NCBI GenBank assembly: GCA_051294905.1
Contig: CM119371.1
Coordinates: 3,970,001 to 4,034,000 of the forward strand
Direction: 5' to 3'
Length of the DNA stretch: 64,000 nt
Source: Botryllus schlosseri
Taxonomy: Eukaryota
Made by a program: the position numbers and the translations under genes. Below, piece by piece: positions 1 to 13,763 of this stretch (within the stretch, counting starts at the first letter, position 1; every line of letters begins with the position of its first letter). The notes beneath the pieces were generated by a model, which was not told the origin of the DNA, searched no databases, and saw only the letters and a program-made list of their open reading frames with translations.

Positions 1-259
1 TTCTGCGTTTGAAATGCTTTACTTCGCATTCATCGGAAATCACAAATCAGATCGCCGGCCCCATATGGACCGCGTGTTGGTGACCCCTCGTAGGCCTATT
101 CAGCAAAACGAGCCAAGCTTGGTCTAAAAATGGTAACCATTATCATGCTTATGGGAATGCACCGTGATTTGCGATGAACTGGAACTTGACTGTTGCTGTA
201 TTTGTTTCTAATTTACAATTTCATTCCATTTCCAAGTTTTGTCGAATTCAGTAATTCGA

Positions 260-450
260 AGTCTTATATAATTTGGAAAACACTGTGGAGCTTTACTTCT
301 AATTCTAATCTAATTTGAAAAAATCTTTGTCCTTCCAATTCTAATTATAATCTAATTTGGAAAATCTGTGTAGCTCTAATTTTAATTCTAATCTAATTTG
401 GAAAACGCTGCGTAGCTCTACTTCTAATTTTAATCAAATTTGGAAAAGAT
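260..450 (+). repeat. AT-rich minisatellite (ctaatttggaaaa...ttctaat, ~40-50 bp units)
   Basis: 4-5 degenerate units; same family reversed at 48340-48990. Confidence 0.75.
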
Positions 451-533
451 GATAATTTTCTAGTTGTCAAAGCCTGCTTTCAATAGCTACCATGTGGTGT
501 AAGATCAGCTATTATGTCACATTTCATGTTCAT

Positions 534-741
534 GATGATAAAACATTACGCGTTGATGATTTCTGACTGAAAATTGTGATTTGGATTTGGGCGCGTTCGT
601 TCGTAAAATTACCTTGAATTCGGACTGACTGCGGATGATAAAACATTACGCGTTGATGATTTCTGACTGAAAATTGTGATTTGGATTTGGGCGCGTCCGT
701 TCGTCAAATTACCTTGAATTCGTACTGACTGCGGATGATAA
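534..741. repeat. 100-bp tandem duplication (2 copies)
   Basis: 541-640 and 641-740 differ at only about 3 positions. Confidence 0.95.
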
Positions 742-3658
742 ATTATGATGACTCGAGTTGAGTCGAGTTGATTGCTGAAATCAGAGAAGGACTTGTGACT
801 CCCCACGTCGTGACCTTGTACGACTACGGACGCAACAAACTGTCAATCTGGGGAACAGTAAGATATCGGAAGGTCGTATAGCTTGCGTTGCGTAGGGTAT
901 ATAGCTATCTAATCATTTCTGTATGGAAACCATTGGTATTTTGTTGCCCTCATGATGCATAGTTAGTTACATCCTTAGTGATATTTTGTCTCCCTCTCCA
1001 TGTTATTATCGCCGGTGGCGAGTAAGTAGTACGCTCCCACGATGTAATCCCAATGGATTCATTCCATTCCAGGGGTTCTTAACAAGGGGTTAATGCATGC
1101 CTTCGTGGTACGAATCACTACATCACGGGACTTGAAAATGCGTTTTTGTACATATTTTGTATTTATACGAGCCTTGTCATATCACATTCCATACTTTGAG
1201 CCAGAAATATTAATCTGCTCCAGCAACTTCTAGTTATTAGAAAGTGCTTCATGGATCTCACGACAGCTCAGGTCTAGGTTTACATTTAATTGTTGCTGGG
1301 ATTTCAATTCAATTCAATTTATTTCTAAAAATTTCATTATTTCAATACACCACAAGACTGCGATACAATTAAAGATAGGAAGGTGTCGAAAGGACTTGGG
1401 ATTGTCTCTAAAATCAGACACCCACCTGGCCTAGGCGTTGTAGAATAGGAGGAATGCACACTGATGAAAAGTAAAAGAAGATAATATAAAAAGACAGGTG
1501 ACAAAAAAGGTGACATGTGGTATGTTATACGATCACTCGCTGGTTGACAGATAGATAGGCAACCCTTAAATCCAGTATGTAATGTGCATGCCTCTTATTT
1601 ACATTTACATGATATTTGCCAAGATGGGTGTCTGATTAAAAGACTACTCCTAGTCGTTTCGGCACCCTTCCATTTTTTTATTATATCGAAATCTTGTGGT
1701 GTATTGATTTAATAAAAAAATGAACGAATGATGAACGAGTGATGAATTTTTGATCTTGAATACCGTTCATCTGAGGTTGTGGTTCACAGCAAGAACTGGA
1801 CACAATGATTCGAGTAATAATTCTAATGATTCGATTCGAGTAGTAAAAGACGATTTTTTCGAATACTGAAATTAGACGCTTCTCACCACTGATAGTTAAT
1901 TTATCAACGAGAATTATAGTTCGATAATAATTTTCACGGTTGACGCCTTGAAACCTTGATTGGCGGTATTTTAGCACACGGAATATATAGTACAAAGCTC
2001 CGAAGGCTACTGGGCGTAACACATTTCCGAATTCATGATGATCCCACAACATTGTCACCAAGTAGAATGAAATCAGTACGTACAAAAAATACCAAAGTAT
2101 CATTCATGAGATGGATAACAGCCATCATATTCTTTGTTGTGGCATGCACGGTACAGGTTTGAACTTTGACGTAATTCATTCCGTTATGACGTCATAATGA
2201 GTGATAGTTGATTACTCGACTCGACTCGAAGCATATTACGTGATTCAGAATCGCATCACTCAGTAGGCCTACCAAGTCAGTAGATGAACGACCACTTTTA
2301 TCTCGAAACCGTATTTCGTGGTCATTACTAATATTTCTCAGGGATGACATTGCGCATTACAAATTAAAGTCAACTAACAGTTTTCACGTCATCGTATTGT
2401 TTATTTGGTATTTTGACGGCATTTGGGTACAGGACAGGGTACTGACAGCTGTCTATACTTTGATGTAAGTCGAACACGCGTCTTCTTGAGTAAGGTATAG
2501 TTTTTTGATTATACAACTTCCAAGAAACAGAACAACTGACAAAATTACTTACACCAATAAAATCAAATATGACAAATTTAATACAGTCAAAGTCACATGT
2601 GATCCTAATTTCAAAATAAAGCAATATGATTCTAACCAATACACAACAAATCGCTGCCTTGCACACAAAGCATGGTATCTAATGAATCACATACGTGCAA
2701 CGGTTCTTGCCGAAGCATATTAAAGCGTGGGGCACTATAGCATGGCAAACGCGGTGAACAGTGACTGTTATGGCATAAAACGCCTTTGTTGTAATATACA
2801 ATCCTAATTTGTTGAATTCATACAAAAATAGGATTAACATCGCTAAACTACCAGACTATGGGCAGTTAAGGCACATGGAAATGATAACAATGCCAGGCAG
2901 TAATGAAACCTCCAGGGCATTGATATCCACTGCGTCGAAGATTATTCGTAATTACGACCAACACCACTCCATATCTCAAATCAAAAACATTAATCCGATT
3001 ACATGTAAATTGAATTAAAAGTTAACGATAGTTTTCTCGAGATCATATTCTGGTTGCTGTGACATAATAGCCTACGCCTTTGTTCAAATAGACACGCCTC
3101 AGTTGTTGTGCCATGCATGTGATAGCAATAGCATGGCTAAACATATTTGCATCAGGCTATAGGATAGGTTGACAACGAATTTAGAAATGACAACAATGCC
3201 GGACGGAAAGGAAACTTACAATGCTTGAGATACCTAATCAGAGATGATGTTCAGAATTACCATCAAATATGTTCTAAATCTTTGAAAACATTAATAGTAA
3301 TCCGATTGTATGTAAATTCGATTCAAAGTCAACGATAGTCATCTTTTTATATTTGCTGTGACGTAACACGCCTTCTTTCTAATAGATAAACAAACCTCTG
3401 TTTGAGTTAGAGAGAACAGTTGGGGATAACATGGCTAAACCATCAGACGATAGAAATATGGCGTCAATGATCAGCGGTAAGGGCATCTCCAATGCATTGA
3501 CACACATCATCTCATGGAATATTCTTAATTACGACCAATAATCAATAAATCTTTTAAAAAAACAGAGTCGGATTATACATAATGTCAACTAAAAGTCAAA
3601 AGTAGTCATTAATTCAAGTCATTTTTTTTTGTATTTTTAACATGACTATGACCCAAGC

Positions 3659-4031
3659 CAGTGGTTCTCAACGTGGGCAATATCGCCCCCAGTGGGCAAA
3701 TCGGCGGTCTGGGGGTGCGAAAATAAGGAAAGGGGCGATAGGGGGCGAAAACGGACGAGGGGGCGGGACGATAGGCGGCGAAAATAACGAAGGGTACGAT
3801 GGCGCGGTAAAACGGCTATATTGGAGACAAGTCGGTGAAATGACCTATTTTTAGTCAACTCACAAAAATTTAGCTGTAAAAGCGTTATATCGAGGTCAAG
3901 CCGAAAAGTTGCCTTTTTTTAGTCAACTCTACAGTTTGTATGCCCAGTATCGGTTTCCAATATTTTGGGGGCGATGACCGGTGTGGAGCTTGAAAAGGGG
4001 GCGATGAGTCGAAAAAGGTTGAGAACCACTG
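3659..4031. mobile_element. hAT (Charlie-like) MITE
   Basis: TIR CAGTGGTTCTCAAC; TSD acccaagc/accgaagc; short derivative of 53481-54763. Confidence 0.88.
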
Positions 4032-4685
4032 ACCGAAGCTAATAAAGATTTCAAAAATAAACAGGTATTCGACTATATTTAATGTCAACTCAAAGTCAAA
4101 AGTAGTTATTAATTCTAATCCTTTTTTGTATTTTTAACATGTTTACGACATGAGCTAATAAAGATTTCAAAAAAATAGACAAAAATCCGATTACATGCAA
4201 TTTCAAAGTCAACAATAGTTTTCACGTCATGTTATTGTGGTTGTTGCGACATAATACGCATTCGACTAAAACTTCAATGAATCATTGAAAAAATAAACAG
4301 AAATCCGATTATATCCAATGTCAACTCAAAGTCACAAGTACCTAATAATTCCTGTCATTTTTTTGTATTTTTAACCTGATTATGACCTAAGCAAATAAAA
4401 ATTTTAAGATAGAAATCCGATTACACGTAAATTCAAAGTCAACAATAGTTTTCACGTCGTGTTGATATGATTTTGTGACATAATACGTTTTCGTTCACAA
4501 ACATGCCTCAGTTGTTGGTTCTTACAAAATTAGCGATAATATCGCTGAACGATCAGACTGCAGAGCGATAAGGAATGTAGAAATGACAACAATGCCATGC
4601 GGTAAGTAGTGTAACCTCAACTAATTTCGAAACTATTAGACCTGGTGTTAAAGGCCATAGTAGACACCAACCGTAGTACAATACT

Positions 4686-4686
<1 letters not shown>

Positions 4687-4716
<30 letters not shown>
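4687..4716 (+). repeat. (AAC)n microsatellite
   Basis: Direct reading. Confidence 0.95.
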
Positions 4717-5856
4717 CCGGTGAGCTTCACAGCAGCAAATTATGCGCCCACGTTAACAAACAATGTACAATAAAATCACAACAATGCTAAAAGGCATGGA
4801 AATCTTCGCTTGGAACAACACCGCTAGTCATATTTACCACATTACCGAGAGTTAAGACAACAATACTAGACGATATGGAAATCTCCATCCAATGCAATAG
4901 ATACGTTGTCCCAATCACGATCACGATGCCGTAAATTATAATATAGAAGCAGAGACCCGCAGAGATCCGATTACAGGTAATGTCCACTTAAAGTATTAGT
5001 AGTTACTGATTGAAGTCTTTTTTTTTATCTTTTTTAAAAATAATGTGACGTCGTTTAGAATATACAGCAAAATGGCAACGATCGCAGACGGTATCGAAAG
5101 CTCGAACGCATTGAGATACATCGTCTCGGGAATTATCCGTAGTTACAGCCTAAACTACTTAATACTAAAAAAAAAATGAACAGCTATTCGATTACATGTT
5201 GGTTCAATTCAAAGTAAAATGAATTCCCTTCACCCCGTCTTATTATGGTTGTTGTGACATAATTAGCCTTCCTTCAAAATGAATAGTTTCAGTTACTGAA
5301 TTCTTAAAAGTTAGGAACCATATCGCTATTACTATCGATAAAACTAATGATTATAGGGACTGAAGGAACTCAGAAATGACAACAGTGCCAGTAAACGGGG
5401 AAAACTCCAAATTATTCAGATACATCGTCTCTCCATAAATCTATGAAATATAAACATTAATTCAACTACATGAAAATTAGATTCAAAGTAAACGATAGAT
5501 TTTATAGCATGTTATTGAGCCTGTTCTGATATAACACGACTTAGTTCAGATAGACAAGCCTCAGTTTTGAGGTCCTGCAAAATTAGGAATAACATTGCTA
5601 CTCATATTAATACTACTATCCAGAGGTAAGGAGTTTGAAAATGACAACAATGCTAGATACGGCAAGAAAATCTCAAATACAATAAATGCATTGTCCATGG
5701 GACAATACGACCAAAACTGCCCTTATTTAGTAATGTCAAATCAAAGTCAAACGTAGTTATCAATCCAACTCATGTGGCATTGTTAACAATGTACGTACAA
5801 GCTTAAACTGTTTTCTCTTCGTCAATTTTGTGGGGCATTTTCAATTTTCAATCATT

Positions 5857-8800
5857 TCAATTAGTTTCTCCATCGTTCACCTGAAACACAGTCATCTCAG
5901 TTTCATCTCCGTGGGGCGCAGGAGGTGATTCCGCAGACGACGCTGTAGAAAGATCGTCGCTTTGTAAATATATTGATAGTATCGATATGGTATGCAAATT
6001 GTGAGGTTATGGTCACTGACCTATACTTCTCCATCTGCGGAACGACTCCAACATCCACGAAAATAACTTCTGTCTCTGAGCCGAGAGGTGGTCAGGAAGG
6101 TCAGAATAGAGAAAGGGATTCAGAGCGCTGTTTATCGGGAGTATGAGCAAGCCAGTTGGTAAATAAGCGTCGGGTGGGATATCGATACCTGAAATGTAAG
6201 AAAATGTGTTAATATTGGCATACCGACTGACTCTAATGGTCTGAAGAGAACTTTATCTACTTGTTGAATATAAGAAGGATGGAAAGTTTTTACCGAATCT
6301 GAATAAAACCATATTCCAAACTGCCAGCATTGTGACAGAGAAAATTAACCTATCGAAACAAAGTAATCCAGTGCCCTACGTACTCTACAGCAGTGGTTCT
6401 CAATCTTTTTGACCTCTCGGACCGATAAAACGTCAAAACAAATGTTGCGGACCGGCGCACCTTCAAAAGTCAAAATGGCCCTAATTTTAATTACGACAAA
6501 TGTATGCAACTCAAATGTAACATTGGGAATTTCATATAATACTGCCTTTTATGACATTAGTTGTTACGAGGTTCTATCGAAGTTTCTGCGTGGCCGGGTT
6601 CGAGAATTCCTGTTAAAGATCAATAACTCTATTGTGATTGTTCGGTCTCCTTTGACAGATGCGCAATTTTTTCTCTATATAGTTTCTATTCTACTGCCAT
6701 GTATTCGGCGCACCGGCAGGAATGTCGCCACGGAACAGCACCGGTCCGAGGACCGGTGGTTAAGAACCGCTGCGCTATCTGCGACAAGTTGGTAAAAAAG
6801 CTTCGCATTTCTAAAATGCAACTCCACACAACGTTAACGTTAAGATAAATTCCTGCCAAATACCTGTAGTAATAGCAAGGTAAATAACACGTTTGGCATC
6901 ATATTATCATACCTGATAACTGAATGAAACCCATAATACAGACTGGCATCCAGCAAAGGAAATCAGATACGAGAATCCTGGTGAGTTTGCGTTGCACTGC
7001 AGCATTCCGTTTGTTTCTATTACCACCCGCACATGGGACCTTTATATTGTTTGTCTTTCTGTTAAATACGATTGTACATCTTACACACTGCATAAATACC
7101 ACCCATGTAACAAAATTTTTCAAAAGTTTTTGAATAAAAATTTTCATGTATTGTGTTTTGTTATTCAAAATTAATCACTGAAATATAAAAAAAATTATGA
7201 AGTATCCCAAGTCTTTGAGAAATGTCACTATTTTTATTTCCCGTTTTACCTCAAATTTCCCATTAATAATCGGCATAATTCCTTATTCGACGTACCAATA
7301 TACCAATACCGAGAAAACCATTACGCCCGCGGCCCTAGTTTGCCAGGAACTGGTGGGGCTACTGGCTACTGGCTGGAATTGAACCTAATTTGTTGTGTAG
7401 GCTTAAATTAGGTAACCTAACAATTTTATCAAGTATTTTATCAATTTTAGAAAAAAGTCATTTTTAACACCCCTAGTACCGGGCTTATCGAACGCCTTGA
7501 AATCTTAATTAAGGATTGCGCTGTGTGTTAACTGATCAGAGAGAAGCAGACATGGCGGAGCCTGTATGACAATTGTGTTCTCAAATCCACATTGTCTTCG
7601 TCATTATCGGCGAGAAATGGCTTTGAAATGACATTTCTGTCGTTAAAATACATTCATTACATGCGATTTGTTCCTTGTTTATGTGGATAAATGAGCGAAT
7701 AATGTATCGATTCAGCTATCCGGCCCGCCAAGTACTTAATTTTCCTACATCCGGCCCGCCGACTGGAGAAGTTGCCCGCCCCTGGCATAGAAGAACATGA
7801 AATTTCCCCAAGATTCTTCAATAGCAAATGACATTGAACGGCGGTCGTTCCTAACGCTAAGCCAACCATACGAATTCATCGACGTGTGAAATCCCTAGAT
7901 TTTATCTTGGTCTCCAATTTTCATGCCAGAGTAAAATCATAACAAATCCTTACTTTTATCCATATTTTGTATTTTACTTGTTTCAAACTGATAAGTAAAC
8001 CACTGACATAGCAAAAACAACCAGCAGGCAGATTACAAATATGACGTTGACAATAAAGATGAGATTAAACTCACTAGATCCACGATCAGGATATTTTCAT
8101 TTACAGAACAAAGCGAAAAAAAAATTCGAGATTGCTTGCTGTAGCCAATTCCGACTTACTGAGACTGAGAAGATCGTTGTTACTAACAACCAACTATTAT
8201 GAATTGCATGGTGGTCCATTGTGCCGCCACAGCTAAAAGGGCATTTAACAAAGGAGATTGAAAATCAGGGTGCGGAAGGTTTAAAAGTTTAAAATGATAT
8301 TTTTAATCAATACTTGTGGCAAAAAAATGCCAGAAACATATTTTACTAAGGAATGTGGTATGGGAAATATCGAAAAATCCACTCAACTAATTTTATGTTA
8401 CATGGTGATAATATGGCAATATACAGCGATGATATATGCAGCTGGTACACTTCTATGCTATGTTACCGTTGAATGCCACGAGCACGACGAAATGACTCTA
8501 TTTACTATATATTTATTGACCCATAAAAGGAGTTTCGTACGGATATACCGAATTTGGTCACCGCACACGGTAAATGTTGGACGTGGCATCGTGCAATATC
8601 GTAGGAAATATTTCAGTTATATTTGACAACTCTGGAAAAATAGTCAAATATTGCTATTCAATCGTGAAAAACGATCATGTCTAGATATTGCTTTACCAAA
8701 ATTATTGCTTTCAGCTAGAGCTGTTCTTGTACTTATACAAATCAAAATGATATGTTTTTGTGAGCTTTAGGATATATATCATTACAAGTGCACTTTGAGA

Positions 8801-9581
8801 ATAACCTGTGGCAATATATCAAACCATAAACGCCGTCGTCATATAGAGTAGTAAAACAGGGTATGCAATGATGGAATTTGGGAGAGCAAATGAAAACTGC
8901 GGTATGTCGTTTTTTTACAATGCCATGATGTCACAGATATATATTGTGAGGCAATGAATAATAATGGCTTTACATGCCTGGACAAAAATTTGGAAGGCGC
9001 CCATATCTATATGCAACTAAATGAGACTAAGTCAGTAGTATATGCTTCAAGAGTGCGTTCGCAATGTCATGACGAGACCCAAGAGTTTGGATACTTACTA
9101 ATAATAATCCTTTTTCGGACAAGACAACGTCAACAAAAAGAGATAATATTGTGGGTATATAAACTACTTATTTTAATGGTACCTGTACAGCACGATGTAG
9201 CACGCGAGCATGAAGAAAAATGCTACGAAGTTCATCAACAGCAGAACAAATGAGTACATCCATGATACGTCTACTCGGTCAGGAAACAGCGTGGGGAGGC
9301 AGACGGTATGGGTGGAATAGAATCCGAATTCGTAGGTCGGTCGTATAGGATTACTTGGATTGATCAGGGAGATGAGTCCTCTCAAGTTACTCCATTCCGT
9401 GCTTCTACGCGCATTAGTAACGATTTCAGAGATTTTGCGAATGTGATTGCTAACTGATATATGTGATTACGTGTCAACATCATCTTGAGCTGTTCTATTG
9501 TTCATCAAACGAAGCCATTTTATCAGATGCGTCTTTTCCGTTTGATTTATTCTTGATTTGAAGATCTGGGTGTCGTTGAAC
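5857..9581 (-). pseudogene. 3' half (ECL2-TM5-TM6-TM7-tail) of a GRL101/LGR-like class A GPCR; exons 9183-9581, 6913-7058, 6021-6188, 5857-5942
   Basis: GT-AG introns join in frame: ...FGFYSTHTVCLPTLF...YSFVLLLMNFVAFFFMLACYIVLYR|KTNN...QRKLTRILVSDFLCWMPVCIMGFIQLSG|IDIPPDAYLPTGLLILPINSALNPFLYS...RSI|ASSAESPP...GETN*. CLP, DFLCWMP and LPINSALNPFLYS are LGR/GRL101-type motifs. In-frame TAA at 9467-9469; TM1-TM3 exons not found. Confidence 0.8.
6391..6772. mobile_element. hAT-like MITE in a GPCR intron
   Basis: CAGTGGTTCTCAA...TTAAGAACCGCTG termini; TSD not preserved. Confidence 0.7.
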
Positions 9582-9930
9582 CTATGAAAAATGAAGATTG
9601 CCTAATTACTTCAATGCTATATTCAGGTAACTTTTGTCAACCCAACATTATCAAGTCAGTAATTTTATCACAACGAAACCCCTTTCGAAAAGTTATTCCA
9701 TACAACGAAACCACTGTCCATGCAAGCGATATATAACTAGATTGTTTAAGGCGGATATCAGTTTATTTTCATCCGTACCGTAGAGGTGATTTGATAATGG
9801 AGGAACCTTATTGTACGGTTATATAGTCACAGCAATATTTTTGTTGTCCACGGTAACCCGAAGTGCTTAGTGTCTAGCAGTGCGGCAGTCGCGATACCAG
9901 TTTTTATATAGTATAATTTAATTTAACATC

Positions 9931-11694
9931 GACGTAACAACGCAGTAGGACCCGATCTCATCCCAACTCACTTTCTGAAGCTAGTCTTTAATATTATTGT
10001 GATGTTATATGCATTTTCCCTAATGAGTCGATGCGTCTAGGCATTTTCCCAGATGCACTGAAAACTGCCAGAGTAATGCCAGTGTTTATGAAAGGCTGTA
10101 AAAAGCTAATTTCGACCTACCGACCAATATCTGTTTTGCCAAATCTTGCCACGGTTTTTGTGAAACTGATTGACCGCCAACTCAAGAATTTTTTTGAATT
10201 GAATGCAGGACTGTCTCCGACTCAGCATGGATTCAGATCAAACCACAACACCAACCATGCAATACTATCAATTGTAACGGACTATTACAAAACCATCAAG
10301 CAAAAAAAAAGTGGCTGCAGCATTTTTATCGACCTCCGCAAAGCTTTCGACACAGTTAACCACAGAATCTTAAGATACAAGCTAGAACACTATGGAATCC
10401 GGGTATTGCAGCAACTCTTCTTGAATGCTACCTGGCAAACCGCAAACAATTTGTTAAACTGGGGACATTAAGAACGACTACCAGAAATATAACTTGTGGA
10501 GTGCCACAAGGCTCAGTCCTTGGACCGACTTTTTTCCTCGTTTATATTAACGACATTGTTAATGCATCCTTATTCCGCACAACCCTATTTGCTGATGATC
10601 CTCACCTCTTCAAAACCTCCAACACTGCCGATGATTTGCATGCATATGTGAATAGGGAACTCACAAAAGTGTCGAGATGCCAGCATGCAAACAAACTAAG
10701 TTTGAATGCAGATAAGACCGAGATGCTCATTTTAAATAATGCTAATCATAGTTTCATTGTGTACATCAATCATAAACAAATCTCCATATGCGACTCAGAA
10801 AAATATCTCGGCGTCACCATTGATGCCAAGATGTCTTGGAAGCAGCATATTGAAGGCACAATATCAAAACTAGCTCGGTGTGTGGGAATAGTGACCCGTC
10901 TGCAATCTTTGGTTTCCAGAGAAATACTACAAAACCTTTTTTTTCTCTCTTTTCCACTCTCACCTGCAATATGGAAACGTAGCATGGGGAAGTGCATGCA
11001 CGACATTTTTGTGCAGAATTCGAACCCTGCAAATCCGTGCGATACGGCTGATCTCATCTGTACCTTAACGTACCAAACTATCGCCTTACTACCGTAAGCA
11101 CCGGATTTTGGAAGTCGACAAACTATATCGCTTCGAAGTATCAAAAGTCATTCAAAAATATTTTTCCAATAGTTTGCCTCCTGTGTTTGATGACTTTTTC
11201 ATGCCTGCTAAAAACGTCCACTCCCACTACACGAGATCCTCGTCTAAAGGAAATATCTACTTACCCCCACCCAATAGCAACCTAATTAAGAGATCGATCG
11301 ACTACTCGGGACCTATCATCTGGAATGCATTACCACCACATATCCGTGAATTGCCTTATAATAGATTCAAAAAAGCCCTACTTGATCACCTCTTGTCGTT
11401 ACACTAACACTGTTGCCCTACCTCGCCCAGACATTGCTTCATTGATCATTTGCTGCCATCGTTTAATTTTTCTTCTATTTTATTTTTTAACTACCGTAAT
11501 ATTTTTTACAATCAGACTGTTTAGAGTCAAGTGTACCTGTTTGATGCTGGTGTGATCAGACTAGATGACCTTCACGGTCTTATCGATCATTTCTATCTAA
11601 TATCGAATACTCTGCATGCATATTTTCTGTACCACCACCACTGCCGTCTGTTATGTATTTTGGTTGCAAGAAAATAAAGACCCTCTCTCTCTCT
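9931..11694 (+). mobile_element. 5'-truncated CR1/L2-group non-LTR retrotransposon (RT domain with frameshifts, 3' UTR, (CT)n tail)
   Basis: ORF pieces with YRPISVLP, QHGFR, DLRKAFDTVNH, PQGSVLGP, FADD, KYLGV; AATAAA followed by CTCTCT tail. Confidence 0.92.
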
Positions 11695-11917
11695 GTTGTA
11701 TTCTTTAGACCAGCGGTTCTCAACCGCCGGTCCGCGCCGACTTTCCTGCCGGTCCACCAGGTATATTACAATTTTACACCTTAATTTAAAGATGCAGTAT
11801 GTTGAAGGCTTGTTCCTTGATAAAATAAGTAAAAAATCCAATTTTAAACTGATTCATAACTTTGTGAGGTAACATATTCGATTTGACTTGAAGTTTGATG
11901 ACATGCGAGCGACAAGT

Positions 11918-12199
11918 CTGTTTGTTTGTTTGTTTTGGGGTACTCATGGTGTTTGTCGACTACTATAGTCATGTACACCAGGCCGATATTCCTCTTATTT
12001 TCCGTAACTGCCGACTTATAGCACGGCCCACCTCTAGACTTTTGTATGACACCGCTGACGCGGATGAGGTGGCGAGGAGGAACCTAGGTAAACCTCCTAC
12101 ACTTCGGTATCGGAATTCGGAAGTCGAACTCGGTCGGACTCGAACCCGCACCCATTGGTGTTGCAGCTGCGGATTATACCACTGCGCTATCTCGACACC
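11918..12199 (-). mobile_element. tRNA-derived SINE with (AAAC)n tail and TSD
   Basis: Minus strand has an A box TAGCGCAGTGG and B box GGTTCGAGTCC; flanked by direct repeat tgcgagcgaca at 11904 and 12200. Confidence 0.85.
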
Positions 12200-12389
12200 T
12201 GCGAGCGACAGGTAATAGCTGACTCATTAAACCGCGTAGTTTGCACGACCACTCAATTGCGATTCATACATCTTGTGCAGAACCGTAACTACCGCACCCC
12301 AATCCCCCGAGTGGAGCGGGGCCGAGCTTGAAGGGGCCCTAAATTATTTTGTGAATTAACATAAATTATAGATTATGTTTTGAACCTTT

Positions 12390-12618
12390 CCTTTTGTTTG
12401 ATATTCATGGTGTTTCGACAACATTGGGCATTTCACACCCGGCCGATATTTTTTTATTTATTTCGTATTTACCAACTTGTAGCTCGGCCCACTTTTAGGC
12501 TTTTATAAGACATTAATGGTGCGGATCATGTGGCGAAGAGGAGCCTAGATAAACCTCAAACACCTGGGTAGGAATTCTGGATTCGACCTCGGTCGGACTT
12601 GAACCCAAAATCCATTGG
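12390..12618 (-). mobile_element. Older, 5'-truncated copy of the same SINE
   Basis: Colinear similarity to 11925-12158. Confidence 0.75.
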
Positions 12619-12821
12619 CCCCTTTTGAACCTTTATTCAACTTTTTCCAAATTTGGTTTAACATCCTGTGGGGGCCCAAGACCAACATGTGTTGCGGGAG
12701 GGCTGACGAAGTGCATTTTCGGCTCTGAGTTTGTGGTTGGCCATGTATAGCTGCTGTCAGAGTAGCCTACGTCTGGTGGTAGTAGGCAATGAGTATGGTA
12801 GAACGGGTAGTGCTTGAGTAT

Positions 12822-13279
12822 TAGTGGTGGGCAGATCGACAAATTCTCCGTTCCTACTCCGATCCTATTTTTAAAGCTCTGGTCCGACTCCGGCCCGACT
12901 CCAAGGCCGGATTCTAGAAATGACAGTTATCCGTCCTGACAAACTCTGATAATAATTATTATCTACTCATAATATAGTATTGAATAATAATTGAAGCAAT
13001 ACAATCAGGATATTGAAAATTCAAAGATGAAGCCCAACCCTTATCTGCAGTAATTATGCTTATCTGGAGTTAGCATGTGGTTTATTTCCATGAATATTTC
13101 ACTTTACTTCTTGATTCCACGGTGGAAGAGGATTACGCTGTCCTCTTCTTAGTGAAAAGTACTGCTCCGGCTCAGATCCGACTCCGGCCATATCAGAAAA
13201 AGTACTGATCCAACTCCGGCCCGAATCAGAAAATTTGGCCGGGATATCCAATCGGGGCTTTGGTCCATGCCCAGCTCTA
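12822..13279. mobile_element. TIR element (TAGTGGTGGGCA...TGCCCAGCTCTA)
   Basis: Imperfect TIRs and ccgatcc/ctccgg subterminal motifs; TSD unclear. Confidence 0.55.
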
Positions 13280-13763
13280 TTGGTTAGACTCCAACCAGGG
13301 CTGTGGCGTCGGAGGCCGTGGAGTCGGAGTCGGAGTCCGTGGAATCGGAGTCGGAGTTTGGCAAATTTTCGCATGATGGAGTCAGAGTCGGAGTCGGGAA
13401 AACTGTGGTGGCTGGAGTCGGAGTCGGAGTTAGTGAAAATGACCCCGACTTCGACTTCGACTCCGACTCCGACTCCAACTTCTTTATCATGTAAAGAATT
13501 TCTTTTCAAAGATATCTTTTAAATTACTAATAATAACTATAATTGGATTTTTATGTACTATCAATCACTGTTATTAGGAACGATACAGATTATGGGCGGC
13601 CAGACCGAGCCCCGCAGGCCGAATGTTGCCTGCGAGAAGGCTTTATGGAGCCTGCGAGATTATTTTCGAAATTAGATATAACATCAGGTAAAATTGCAAG
13701 GCCAACCAAAATTTCATTACCCTGACCGAGAAATTTGATGATGAGTAAAACATCAGTTTCGAC

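Larger units (their letters stand above)
2360..5765. repeat. Old complex tandem array (~115-bp subunits and ~270-300-bp longer units)
   Basis: Recurrent aatccgattacat...tcaaagtcaa (2993, 3299, 3568, 4067, 4184, 4303, 4414, 4964, 5186, 5459) and gaaatgacaacaatgcc (2878, 3184, 4580, 5373, 5638). Confidence 0.85.

Noticed and set aside
1681..2103. 140-aa hydrophobic ORF
   Set aside because: Overlaps a dispersed repeat also at about 58330, 59520, 60300 and 61500, where the frame is not conserved
9454..9470. GT...AG micro-intron or recoding removing the GPCR stop
   Set aside because: Only 17 nt and removal creates another stop; the codon is TAA, so selenocysteine does not apply
12130..12199. tRNA gene
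   Set aside because: A/B boxes are the head of a SINE with body, tail and TSD; no convincing cloverleaf
11600..12199. SINE/LINE partner pair
   Set aside because: 3' ends differ ((AAAC)n versus (CT)n) and no shared tail was seen
13099..13522. Ser/Glu/Asp-rich ORFs on both strands
   Set aside because: Translations of GGAGTC subterminal arrays of a TIR element
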